Origin: Catajapyx aquilonaris
Lineage: Eukaryota
Assembly: GCA_000934665.2 (NCBI GenBank)
Contig: KZ538940.1
Location: 1 to 48,549 of the forward strand
Direction of reading: 5' to 3'
DNA length: 48,549 bases
Shown here piece after piece: positions 1-11,800 of this stretch. A program made the position numbers and the translations under genes. Below the pieces are notes generated by a model. That model had not been told where the DNA came from. It saw only the letters and a list, made by a program, of their open reading frames with translations, and ran no database searches. The first letter of the stretch is position 1, and each line of letters opens with the position of its first letter.

Positions 1-530
1 TCCTGAGACCAAATGCACATTGAAATGGACATCCGAAAAATGGCATTTTTAGCTGAATGGGTGTGACTTTTCTTTACATGCCTGTACCTATACACCCATA
101 AGGAAGTGCGCTTTGCACTATGCAGTTCAGTTTTGAAATCGAGAATAGCAAGGTACCACTTTAGCTGGTAAGAAGGGAAGGAGCAAGCCCCATGCCTGGA
201 GTGGTGGCGTTCAAAAATAATTTCATTTATCTTTAATTGTCTTCTGAGAGGAATTGCTACCACTAATTCCACAAATGAATTTAAAAAACATTGTTTGGAG
301 GATAGAGCACTAAGAGAGTGATCCATTAAGTGGTATTTCAATTTTCAGCTTTCATCCGTTCTGCTTTTGTAGCACCAATTGGGTCCTAATATTCTCATTG
401 GTTGTTTGTCGCCATTTTTGTCGATATTTTAAAACTAAAAAAAAATTCTCGTTTCTTATTGGGAACATGTTCAGAAAATGCAATAGGAACTGACATTGCG
501 TTAAAAAATTCTTCTCAGGTCTCAGGAGGA
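1..530. mobile_element. MITE with (CC)TCCTGAGACC terminal inverted repeats, piggyBac-like family
   Basis: tcctgagacc at 1-10 and ggtctcaggagg at ~518-529; the same TIR occurs at 22489-22536 and ~36403-36522. Confidence 0.6.
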
Positions 531-590
531 TATAGGCTTCACTGAAATAGTAATGAATATATTTGTAGGGTGCTGTGATCGACTTGCACC

Positions 591-880
591 ATGGTTAGAA
601 CAAACAAGCGAAAAACCAGTAAAGGAACATCTACCAAGGAAAAGTTGGCAGCGGCATGTGATGAGGTTGATCGAGGTGTGTTGATCGCATTCCGGGCTTC
701 CAAGAAGTACGGAATTCCGAAGGGGACATTGTATGACCACATATCAGGAAGGCGAGGAAAGAAGGGATCCAGAGGTGGGCATGGGTGTGTGCTGTCAAGG
801 GATGTGGAAGAAAAAATGGCATCAGGACTCAAGACTCTTGAAAAGTGGGGGCTAGCGGCTAGGTTTGTCCAGGAGGGAGG
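591..880 (+). pseudogene. pogo/Tigger/Fot1-like transposase N-terminal fragment (Psq-type HTH plus start of CENP-B HTH)
   Basis: MVRTNKRKT...LAAACDEV...RASKKYGIPKGTLYDHISG...VLSRDVEEKMA...LEKWG; the frame is then lost in hairpin sequence. Confidence 0.75.
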
Positions 881-953
881 AGTGGATTTTTCAGGTTTAA
901 ATGTGTGCTAAGCGTGCACGTTTAAACCTAAAAAATCCACTCCAAATAGTAAA

Positions 954-1050
954 AGTTTGAGTTGACATGTGAACAAAATAAGTTAGGATGTCTCAGAAGC
1001 ACTTCTTCAGTCCTATCCTAACTTATTTTGTTCACATGTCAACTCAAACT
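954..1050. repeat. Perfect 36-bp inverted repeat with 25-nt spacer
   Basis: agtttgagttgacatgtgaacaaaataagttaggat (954-989) and its exact reverse complement (1015-1050). Confidence 0.9.
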
Positions 1051-1822
1051 AACTTATGTAACTTGGGGACTTGGTGCCCTCTCAAGTCTTCTGCAAATTT
1101 GCATTAAAAGTTTATAATTTGACACTGGAGTCATTCCATGCGAAATGGGCCAGGGTGGTTGCTCGACCCTCTCGTTAATTTTTGATATTTTCACCACAGG
1201 TAGCCTTGATATTGACTTGCTCAAAACTATTTTTGTTAATTTTTTATCTGCCATCATGTTGGATTTATACTCATTTTTCTTCACCGCGGCGAGCAAAACC
1301 GAGCATTTGCAACGGTTCGGGAAAAACGCTCCTGTTTGATATATATTCCAGATAGGATGTTCTGGTTTTCACTTCCTGAAAGTAGAGGTCCTGGCCTTTC
1401 AGAATATGTACATACATGTAGGATAAAACCTTGGTAACCTGTTATAGGGAAATGGCGTGAAGGTGTTTTGTTGTTGTCGTAGTGGGCCGAGACATGGGCA
1501 AAGGGGGATTCCAGCTGACCACAGGATCAGTGCCAACAGATATCGCCCTTCTGTTGCCAACAGGGCTGCAATGTGACACAGCTGATCCAGTAATGCAGGC
1601 AAACTTATTTTCGACAGTATTGTATTGGAAACGTGAGATGGCCACTTGTACATACGTGGTCATCACAGTTACCCCATCTTGGGAAAATTCTGCGATTGAC
1701 TGATTAAATGTTTTAAGAAAGTTGGTGGAGAACAATTTATCCAAGTGAGGACTTGACCCACTATGGGGGAAGTAGCCATTGAATGGATTAACAGACAAAA
1801 TGATAGTGAGGTAGGTGGAACC

Positions 1823-2330
1823 GGGGGGCGCATTAGCAAAAAAATATGGTAACAATCGGTAACAATGCGAGCCCTTGGCGACCACGTAAACAAACTCGCG
1901 TATGCATGGGCAGCATATGGGGATTCCGCATGTCGACCCTTCTGTGGCCGTACGGCCGCAAAAATGGAGCAATCGACACAAAATTTACACCAAAAAATAG
2001 GACATGATCTGGCGGAGGGCACCTTTGTCGTCATTTTACAATTTTCAGCCCAGAAGTGACCTTTTCATCGAGTTGAAGTGAAAGGAAAATGGCGTTCCCG
2101 AGAAGCCCATTTGAATAACATGGCGCCAGGAAACGCGACAAAGTCGGGAACGCTTCTGTGCCCATATGTCCACAATTTTAATGCAATCATATCGAGTATG
2201 ATACCATAGTAAAGGCCAAACCTTTGCGCAGGGCACCTTCGTCGTGATTTTTCCGATTAACGGACGTTTCGCCACAAAAAATAAAATTCCCTCAAAAATG
2301 CGCCTACCGTATTTTTACTAATGCGCCCCC
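1823..2330. mobile_element. MITE with GGGGGCGCATTAG TIRs
   Basis: ggggggcgcattagcaaaaaaatatggt vs accgtatttttactaatgcgccccc, followed by TTAA on the right side only; internal direct repeats. Confidence 0.65.
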
Positions 2331-2750
2331 TTAAAGCCATGATTTCTTCTGTTGGAAAAATAGGTCAACTTATTGAAAAACAAATTTAAAAATAGGAAAT
2401 ACCAAAATATTTGAAAGTTGCTGTATCATGGGGTTGTACTATCAGTCCACCAAGAATTGTCGCAGCGGCAGCGCACAAACTACAGTTACGAGCACTTCCG
2501 GGGGGAGAAGTCAATGGAGAAGTGCTCGTAGACTGTAGTTCGTGCGACAATTCTTGGTGGACTGATAGTACAAGGTACCCAGGAACTTGTACAAAGTGAG
2601 TATGGGCCCAGATCTTTCCATGCATGATGAAACCATTGAGAAAGCTAATTGGACCATGGATATCTAAATTTTTTCTGTGTGTGTATTATAATGCACATGT
2701 GAGAATGAAAGGGATCAGACTTGGGCTACTACAATGTGATTTTCTTACAG

Positions 2751-2839
2751 GCAACTTGCTGAAACCCAAGGAAGAGCAAGGAGAAAATTTGGTAAATGGG
2801 AATCTGAAACGTTTCCACTCCTCGCCCAACATCGCCCAG
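2751..2839 (+). CDS. USP8: USP8-like exon (14-3-3 motif region)
   Basis: Acceptor tttcttacag| and donor |gtgtgt. Encodes NLLKPKEEQGENLVNGNLKRFHSSPNIAQ. Confidence 0.85.
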
Positions 2840-5800
2840 GTGTGTTAAAATCTGATAATTCAGTGAGCCTTTCTTTTCCTGGCATGATGAAGCATGCACT
2901 GTAAAAGGAGTTTTAAATGTAGATTATGACAGCTCCAATTTGTGCTGAACAGAGTGCCAACTCTGGTACTGCTAAGTTAGCAGTAACTGCCAGTGCAGTG
3001 GGACAAAAATTTGACACATTTTTTCGGACTTACATTTTAAATTTTATTTTTTGCCGATGCACGGAGATAATAATCAGGAGTACAGTGTATTATGTGAAAC
3101 TAGAAGGCTGATTCCATCATCTCTTTTCCACCTGCCTCCACATTCCCTGCTGCAATGGCACTGAAGCGCTGACACTAATATTATTTTGCACAGATGGTAG
3201 AGGCAGAACCAATGAGCCCCAAGTCCCAAATACCCCAGTTTGACCGCAACATTAAGCCACTGAATAGATTCCCAGCTGGTGAGGTGAACAATGCACGTGT
3301 GAGAAACTTTAACCCTGTGTGGGGCAATGTGGTAAGTTACCACCTGAAGCCTGTGTATATTATGAATTTCATGGCTATTGTTTCTTCAGGCTTATGGAAT
3401 GACTGGGTTGAAAAATCTACAAAATAACTGCTACATGAATACTATCGTCCAGTGCATCAGCAACACTGCAGTTATGGCTCAATACTTTATCTCGGGACAA
3501 TACAGGTTTGTCTTTCTTTGTACAGTATATTTCTTGCAAGGAATATTCATGAAGATTGATCCATGGAGTGTGTCCATTCATTTGCAAAACTTTTAGACTG
3601 AAATAATGGCCCTTATCTTTCCATTCACTGTGCATCACTTTAGCATTCCTTCTAGTTGCTGGTTTTGGATCAAATTTTTCTTTACTTTCTAATGTACGTG
3701 GGTTGATTCATAAGTCATTGGGTGTATTTTTTAATACAAAAACGGTAACACATACAGAGATGACCTTTGCTGAGTTTTGAAGCTCCAGCGATTACAATTT
3801 GATCTAGCATATAGATGTCACCCATATCGCGAGGGAGGGAGGGAGACAAAAGGGGATCATGACCCCCCCACCGCACCATCGCCCTACAAAGGCCCGAGCC
3901 CGGCGCGCTTGGAGCTGTTGGACGGTGCATGCTGGACACTCAGAGATGGACAACACAGGAGCTTGTTTCGAGTGTGGGACAAGTCAGAGCATTATGACCG
4001 AAGCCATGTGTCATCCATTGCCACAACTGTTTCAAAAAACCATTGCAATCGAGTTCCAAGTGAAGGCAAAATGATGGCTCTTTGCACTTCAACGAGATGG
4101 TGAGGAACCAGTGGGGATGCCAACTTCCTAAGCCCTGTCAGTCTTTCAGAGTGCTAACAAGGGAAGGTCACGGGGTGATTATGACGGATCTTGATGAAAT
4201 TGAACATGCTAATACAGGACAATATATGATACCCAAAAATGAAATATTTCACGTGGAGACCCATATTTGCAAAAGTTATGACGTCTTGAAGTTCCAAAAA
4301 TAATACATTTTCATTCATAATGGGATTTCATTAGCGACCACATATAATGGCATTGAAGTGTGTAATCAGTTTCTAGACTTTTTCTCATCGGAAAAAAGTC
4401 CTACAGAACGGCTCTGTCCGTCCGTCCGTCTGTGGACAGGTATCAAGGCCTAAACCGTAAGAGATACAGAGCCGTTATGTAGGACTATTTTCCGATGAGA
4501 CAAAGTGTAGAAACTGATTACACACGTCAATGTGGTCTTATATGTGGTCGCTAATGTAATCCCATTATGAACTCAATGAAAATGGGTTTTTTTGGAACTT
4601 TAAGATGTCATAACTTTTGCAAATATGGGCCTCATTTTTGGGTATCATATATTGTCCTGTATTAGCATGTTAAATTTCTTCAAGATCCGTCATTATCACC
4701 CTGTGACCTCCCCTTGTAAGGATAGTGCTCTGACTTGTCCCACACTCAAAAGCAAGCTCCAGTGTTGTCCATCTCTGAGTGTCCAGCATGCAGCTTCCAA
4801 CAGCTCCAAGCGCATCAGCCTCGAGCCTTCTTAGGGCGATGGTGCAGTGGGGGGGTCACGATCCCCTTTTGTTTCCCTGCCTCCTTCGCGATATGGGCGG
4901 CATCTATATGCCACATCAAATTGTAATCGCCGAAGCTTCAAAACTCAGCAAAGGTCATCACTATATGTGTTACCGTTTTTGAATTTAAAAATATGCACCA
5001 TGACTTATGAATGAACCCGTGTAATTCCAGGTACCACTGTACAGTACTGGCCAATAATCGAGGCAACGACTAGCGACATTTTCCCGAAGCGGCAGAAGAA
5101 GGAATCTTGCTCGCCCGGCTTGTAGCATGCTTATCTTCGATTCCTGCTTCTGCCGCTTCGGGAAAATGTCGCTAGTCGTTGCCTCGATTATTGGCCAGTA
5201 CTGTACCTTGCTCCACACATTGTTTTTTTGGACCTCCTTGTGCTCTAAATCTGTCTGTCAACTCCTGATGTGGCTGGGTGCTCATCTTTTATCCACCTCT
5301 TTTCCCATCTCCCCCTCCCTCCAACCTTTTTGCTGATGATGAAGATTTTTTACATTTGGTTTCAATGCAAATTCGTCTCCATCTTTTTGAACTATATAGT
5401 ACAGTGTGATATTGAAACCATTCTACCATAATTATGCTGGTAGCACTGTGTGATAATGTCATGACTGATCAGCTCTTATTATGGCATGTTAGATGTTACC
5501 CAACACATGTTTTCAGAATTTATGGCTATTCCTTGTAAGAGTGGGTCTGTGTGTGTGCCAGCCCCCTGTCAATTTCCCTGCTAGCTGTATGGATATGGTA
5601 GTTTAATTCGTGTGTCTCCGCCAGGCCCGGATTTTGGCGCTGGCAGCACTACAGTGTTCGCTATCCGCCATTTTTTTTTCAAGGTGCGCTCAAGTGGTAA
5701 GTCTGCGGAAGCAAAGAAAGATCGAGCCAATTGCAGCAAACTACTCGCTACCTACCACAGGAGTTGCACCTTGAACAAGATGGCAGCTTAGCGAACCATG

Positions 5801-8800
5801 GAACACAGATATTACACTACCATATTCGAGGAGTGTCATAGGGCTGGTGTGTGCACACATATGTTGTGTTTTGTTCTACAGTTTTAATTTTAATTGCAGG
5901 GAGGATGTAAATCCCAGCCACACAACGAGTGGAGAAATAGCAGAAGAGTTGGCTGCTGCCATTCGAGAGATTTGGAAAGGAGGGTGTCGTTCAATAGTAC
6001 TTTGGGATCTAAGGGTTAGTTACATTTCCACCAATTGTATCAATTAAGTTTTAAAGTAATGGCAAAACAAGATGAGGAAAGTCTATTGTTTATCCGCACT
6101 TAGCGACGTGGCGGGGTTGGGAAGGCATGGTGGGCTCCAAGCATGTTGGCTACGGGTTGCAAACAATCGGTTGTCGGGAGAGCACAACAAAGGGCTTCTT
6201 GTTACCCCTGCCAAGCGAACCGATCAGACGAGTGCTATTAATGAAGGAGGTGGGAAATATGAAATCCATGATGGTTGCTGCAGTCCGTTAACCCAAAGAA
6301 CGACACTTCGTCAAGCAACCGTGAAGGCATTCGAATTTGGCTAGCAGCAGTATCAAGGCACCCGATTGTTTGCGACGCAACATTGCCAACCGTTGGGAGG
6401 CCCCCCCGCCCGCCCAACCCTGACTGCGTTGTTAAGGTGCGGATAAACAATAGTTTATCCTAAAATGAGACTTAAATGAGGACATGACCTGCAGGGTGGT
6501 CAGTAACTCCCATGCATTGGTTATCTAGAGCAATCCTTTACCTACTCCACAGCAAACATGCTCTGTTCAAAATTAGACCAGTTTGAAAAGTACCTCTTGG
6601 GCTTCTGAAAACATTCTGTCTCCTTGTCAAAATACATGTTTATTTGAGCAAATGGGTGGAATGTTTAATTTCATGCTTTTGTGACAACTGAGAATTTCAG
6701 CCCCACCTGCACACTTCAAAATGTTTGGCCGCCATTTCTTAAAGGGACACTCCACTCAAAATACAAGTTGGCCTCTAAAAATCAGGCAAAAAATCCTGAT
6801 TCCGAGAATGCGATCCGTTTATCTCTGAGGCGAATGGTAATGACAGGGGAAGATACGAAAGTCGGAATAAATTCGACTTCTGATCGATCGTGGAGACGCC
6901 CACCTCACCCGCGGCCACCGGGCGAAGTTGGGTACTCGCCACCTCGCGGCTGCCTGAGGAAGTTGGATACCCGACACCAGCAGCGCGAGTTTGAAATGCA
7001 GTTGATATTGACCTTTCTTCAGTGGCTTATGTTTTGTATAATTCGGAGCTGTGTCCCCCTAAGAGGGCCTTGCCCTATAATGGGGTAAATAAAATAAATA
7101 AATAAATGCAGTTCGGGGTCGGATATTACTGGCTGCTGCCAATGCATATGTTGTCACCGAGGTGTTACTAAACTTACTTTCCGGACCTCGCCTTTGCTTG
7201 GTCCCTAATTGTTTACGGGTTGACTAGATCAGTTGCTCCCGCATCAGATCCCCATGACTCAACGCCCAGAGGGAACGACTAAGGCGACACATGTGTATGT
7301 TTAGCACTTCGGCAGGGGGGTTTATCATTTCTGGCCTTCCAGTCCGCCATATCGAGGCGGGCTTGGAAGCAAGTAGCATCATGGGCAAGAAAGGCAAGGG
7401 TGGTGTCCCGTTCTGTGTAGTTTATTTGTAAGCGCCATAGGAAACGGTTGGAGCGAGTGACGTATTTCGTATTTCCTTGCGAACGTCAGGATTTGATGCG
7501 GCAATCGCGAGAAGCCTTGAATTTGCCACCAACGTATACACCCATGTCAAGTCATCAGGTGTGCATGGATCACTTTCACAGGCAGTCGCTATTTCCCTAC
7601 AGACCGGAACAGAAGAGGCGGAAACTAAAGCCTAATGCTGTTCCAACACAGAAGGTAGGAATAATGTGGCACAGCGTCAATGTGCGTATATTTTATTGCA
7701 CCCCCAGTGCACATCAGACATGGAAACCAGCACCGGAACATCCGCTGTTGATGTGTCCAATACTGATGCACAGGTAATGTTTCCTCAGCCATCGAGCCCA
7801 ATGACCATGTTTGACATATCTCCTGATGCACCTCTTTTCCCTAGTGCACATCAGTTTGAGAATAGCAGCTAAGATGTGTTTGGGCCGAACATTTTGCTAA
7901 TGGCTCTGTTTCAATGACTTAATTCCAATATGAAGCACTATTGCGACTAAATTGGTGTATGCGGGAGCAACAGATGTAGGCCACCGGTAAACAATTAGGG
8001 CCCAAGCAAAGGCGAGGTCCGGAAAGTAAGTTTAGTAACACCTCGGTGACAACATATGCACTGGCAGCAGCCACTAATATCCGACCCCGAACTGCATTTC
8101 AAACTCGCGCTGCTGGTGACCGAGGTGGATAGAGATTCGGGTATCCAACTTCCTCAGGCAGCCGCCAGGTGGCCGGGGGGAGGTGTCGCCGAGACTGGAG
8201 GGGCACCGGGGGTGTCGCCGAGACTGGAGGGGCAGCGGGTCTGTGGCTGGGGGTGGTGTCGCCGAGACTGGAGGGGCAGGGGGTTTGCAGATGGCCTACT
8301 TTGAGATTTTTCGCGGATTACCATTCGCCTCAGAGAAAAACGGATTGCATTCTCGGAATCCGGATTTTTTGCCTGATTTTTAGAGGCCAACTTGTATTTT
8401 GAGTGGAGTGTCCCTTTAACCATTGTCACTGCAATGCAGCCTCAGATAGTAGGATTACAAGAACACGGTGTCAGAATCAAGGCCAGGAAAACATTATACT
8501 AATGACAGTTTTATGATGCCACATTGCATATTGCATTCATACTCTTGCAGGCGTGGAAAAGCCCCTGTTCAAAGGAGGACAAAATCTAAAGAGACTTAAA
8601 TGGATGAGAGGTTGACCAATGTAAGAGGTCGCAGGTCTTGTGGACAACTGTTCTAACTTTCACCTATATTATTCGCCTCCGCAGTGGCCTGTAGAGGTGC
8701 TGGAGGCAAATCCAACATGGCAGAACGCAGGAAGAGACGTGGAGTGGGAATGGGAGCCGATTTTCGCGTGGGTCTTAGTGACATTGATATATGTGGGGAA

Positions 8801-11800
8801 AAAACCGGGGTGCCTGTACGGCGGAATGTGAAACGTGGATGCCAGACACTTAATTTGTTACGGTGTGCCGTAGGGAAATGAACAAAAACTTGTGATTTGT
8901 CCCAGAGTCCATCGCTAAACTCAGCTCAGCCAGTTAACCTTGTACAGAGTCCCGTCGCATCGCCAGGAAAACCTGGTCCTCGGCATATGAGGAGGTGGCT
9001 GCCAAAAGCCGCTATTTTCATTTTTTGCAGTTTTTGAGCCACCTCTGCCATTACGATTTTCATGTAAAGGAGCACTTAATGAGCCATAGAAGGTTCGAAA
9101 TGATTTTTGCGGGGCCATAACAAGAGGCAGAGATCTGGGAAATTACTCAATTAGTTAAAGCTGGCTGTCTTCGTCAAACTTGATTTCCAAAGTTGGCTAT
9201 CTTCGGCCAATGCATCATCAGTCCAGATGGAAATTCAAATTTCAGTTCTACACTGAACGATCACTGGATTAGGAACACCTATCTAAATACGGGTTGGTCC
9301 ACTTTTTTGGGCAATCATGGCCTCTAGATGTCGGGGAACAGATTCCACATGGTGGCACACATCTTCCATGACCATCTTGAGCCATGGTCCCTGCAGCATC
9401 TCCGTCAGTTTGGACACATTTGGGGAGGAGTGGGAGGGGATCTCACAGCCTGTACCAAGCATTTTCCAAACATGTTCCGTGGTGTTAAATTCTCATGAGT
9501 TTGGGGGCCAAGACTGTGAGGAATTCATTGTCGTGTTCCTCCAACCATTTGGTAGTGACCGTGCAGACGGGCCAAGCTTAGCCGCGACGGTTCACACCTA
9601 GCGGCCCCCTAGCAACGCCACGGCCAGGCCACGGGCCAACTTCCTGGAAGTTGGCCAGGGCCCGTCTGCACGGCTCCATAGTGATCAAAGACAAGGTGCT
9701 TTATCCTGTTGAAACATGGCAATGGGGTCAGGAAAGACCTACTGAAGATATGGGTGCAGAAGGTCAGCCAACAGGTCCCTGTAGTGGTCACCATTCAAAG
9801 ATTGTGCTGTGATGTCCTGTGGTCCTAGTACATGCCAAGAGAACGCTCACAAGACCATAACACCACCACGAGGGGCCTGTTGAACCCCAATGGTGCAATC
9901 AGGCAATGCAGGTTCATGCTGTTTACGCGGAATGTGGACCATGCCATCCTCATGGTGCAGCAGGAAATGGGACTCGTCACTCCAGACAACCTTCTTCCAA
10001 GTGCCCCAGGTTCACTGACGCCTTTTCTTGGCCCATGTGAGGAGTTGTTTGCGATGACTTGGGGTCGTCATGGGCACCCGTTGTGGTCTACGGCTATGGA
10101 ACCCCAGTCGAAGCAAGGAAAGTTGCACAATCATTGTCAAAATTTGTGGTACTTGCCCACTGATGTATTGGAGTATCCATGGGTGTATCAGATGTTCCAT
10201 TGTTGTACGTCGTTGCTGAGATACCAGTCGTGACACTTGACACTCACCTCTGGGTTCAACCACATGTGACTGGCTGCTATGTGAGCTTTTGTTGGATGTT
10301 TTTTCATGGTTCAACCACTCTCAGTACACACTTGACATCATGGTACAGGAACAGCCAACAAGTGCAGCTCTTTCCAAAATACTGAGACCACACCTCCTGG
10401 CGGCAATTCTCTATCAGCAGTCAAAGTCTCTCAAGTTGTTCAGTTTACCCACAACTGGCAAAAACTGCCTTCTGCTGTGTACAGGAGAGGCCAACACGTG
10501 TTTCTGGAAACATTTCGTGACCTGGCCACCACATGGTAATGCGTCATCCCTCATAAGATGTCACACGCCAGGTGTTCCTAATCCAGTGATCGTTCAGTGT
10601 ATACCTACTCTTTTCAACGGAAAAGATACCTGTTTCCGTCAAGGTCAGTTATCTTCAGAGAGAGAGATAAAAAACGGCTATCCAAATTTTCATCGTGCAC
10701 TATAGGTCGTTAGGTAAAGAAGCTTGATTTTGTTGAATTCCACCAATTATGACAGGTACCAGTACTCAAGTGTCCTAGTCCAGACCATTTCCGTTGTGAT
10801 AGTACTATACCTAAGCTCTCGACAATGGCAGAATCACCATGACAAATTTCAGGGCGGCATGGTGGTCTAGCGGTTACGCCGCTGGCCAGCCAAGCGAGAG
10901 GCCGGGGGTCAAATCCCGTCCCCGTCACCTCTACTTGGCCGGGTCTTTTTCCGCTTTTCTCCCGACATGCCGGAGCAGAATTGCACTCCCTTCTCTGCTC
11001 GGGGCCAGGAGAAAAGGCCTGGTGTTAAAGAATGTCAGTAATGGCTGTCGCACAGCACCCTCCCTTGGGAACTTCCCCTGCCCCCCTAAGAGGGCCACGA
11101 GCTCTATCACGGGGTAACCAAAAAAAAATTAATTAATTAAAAAAATCAGCTACACAACTCGAAACTTTTAAAAATTGGCATTTTCTCGTAATAAGTTCAT
11201 CTAAGATAACCACTTTTAGCAGCCACCTCCTCATATCTCCACTCACTTGCCTCCTCACAATTCACATTCAGAAGAGGCAAAAAAAAAAAAGTGACGCCGA
11301 GAATATACTGTCCACTACCTTCAGAAACAACATGCAAGAACCACCAAACAAGGGTGGCCATGAGGTCCCACCATTATCAACCAATTGTCACGGAGAATCT
11401 CGCTTTCAGTCAGCCAGCCGGCCACTGTACCCCTTTACGCCGCCACCTTTCCTAACTCAGTAGTGGCAGCTTTGTGTCAGCCACTTCTGCCGCGGAGGCG
11501 AATTCTGTAGGTGTCAAAAGTAGCACTAAATTAGTAAGGTCTGCCGAGCCCTGCCATATTTTTCAGTGTGTGTTGAAGTGTGCTGTAATTTGGAGTAAGG
11601 CATGAATATATATGAATATATTTTCCCCCACTTTCCACTCCTAAATCCAACCCTGGAAAAATTGCCATTTAAAAAAGTTAATATTGTGTCAATTAATGGA
11701 TGCTCTTATGTGGTTTTTAACTTTTCATTTTGAGGCAGAGTTGGTTATTTTGCCATTTGATTTCCTCAGCGTGTTGTTGGAAAATACCACCGAGCATTCA

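Larger units (their letters stand above)
6743..8415 (+). mobile_element. Kolobok-like DNA transposon relic with long TIRs, TTAA TSD and a THAP-domain remnant
   Basis: TTAA|agggacactccactcaaaatac ... gtattttgagtggagtgtccct|TTAA; inverted similarity extends about 500 bp inward. RR termini, TTAA TSD and THAP are consistent with Kolobok. Confidence 0.75.
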
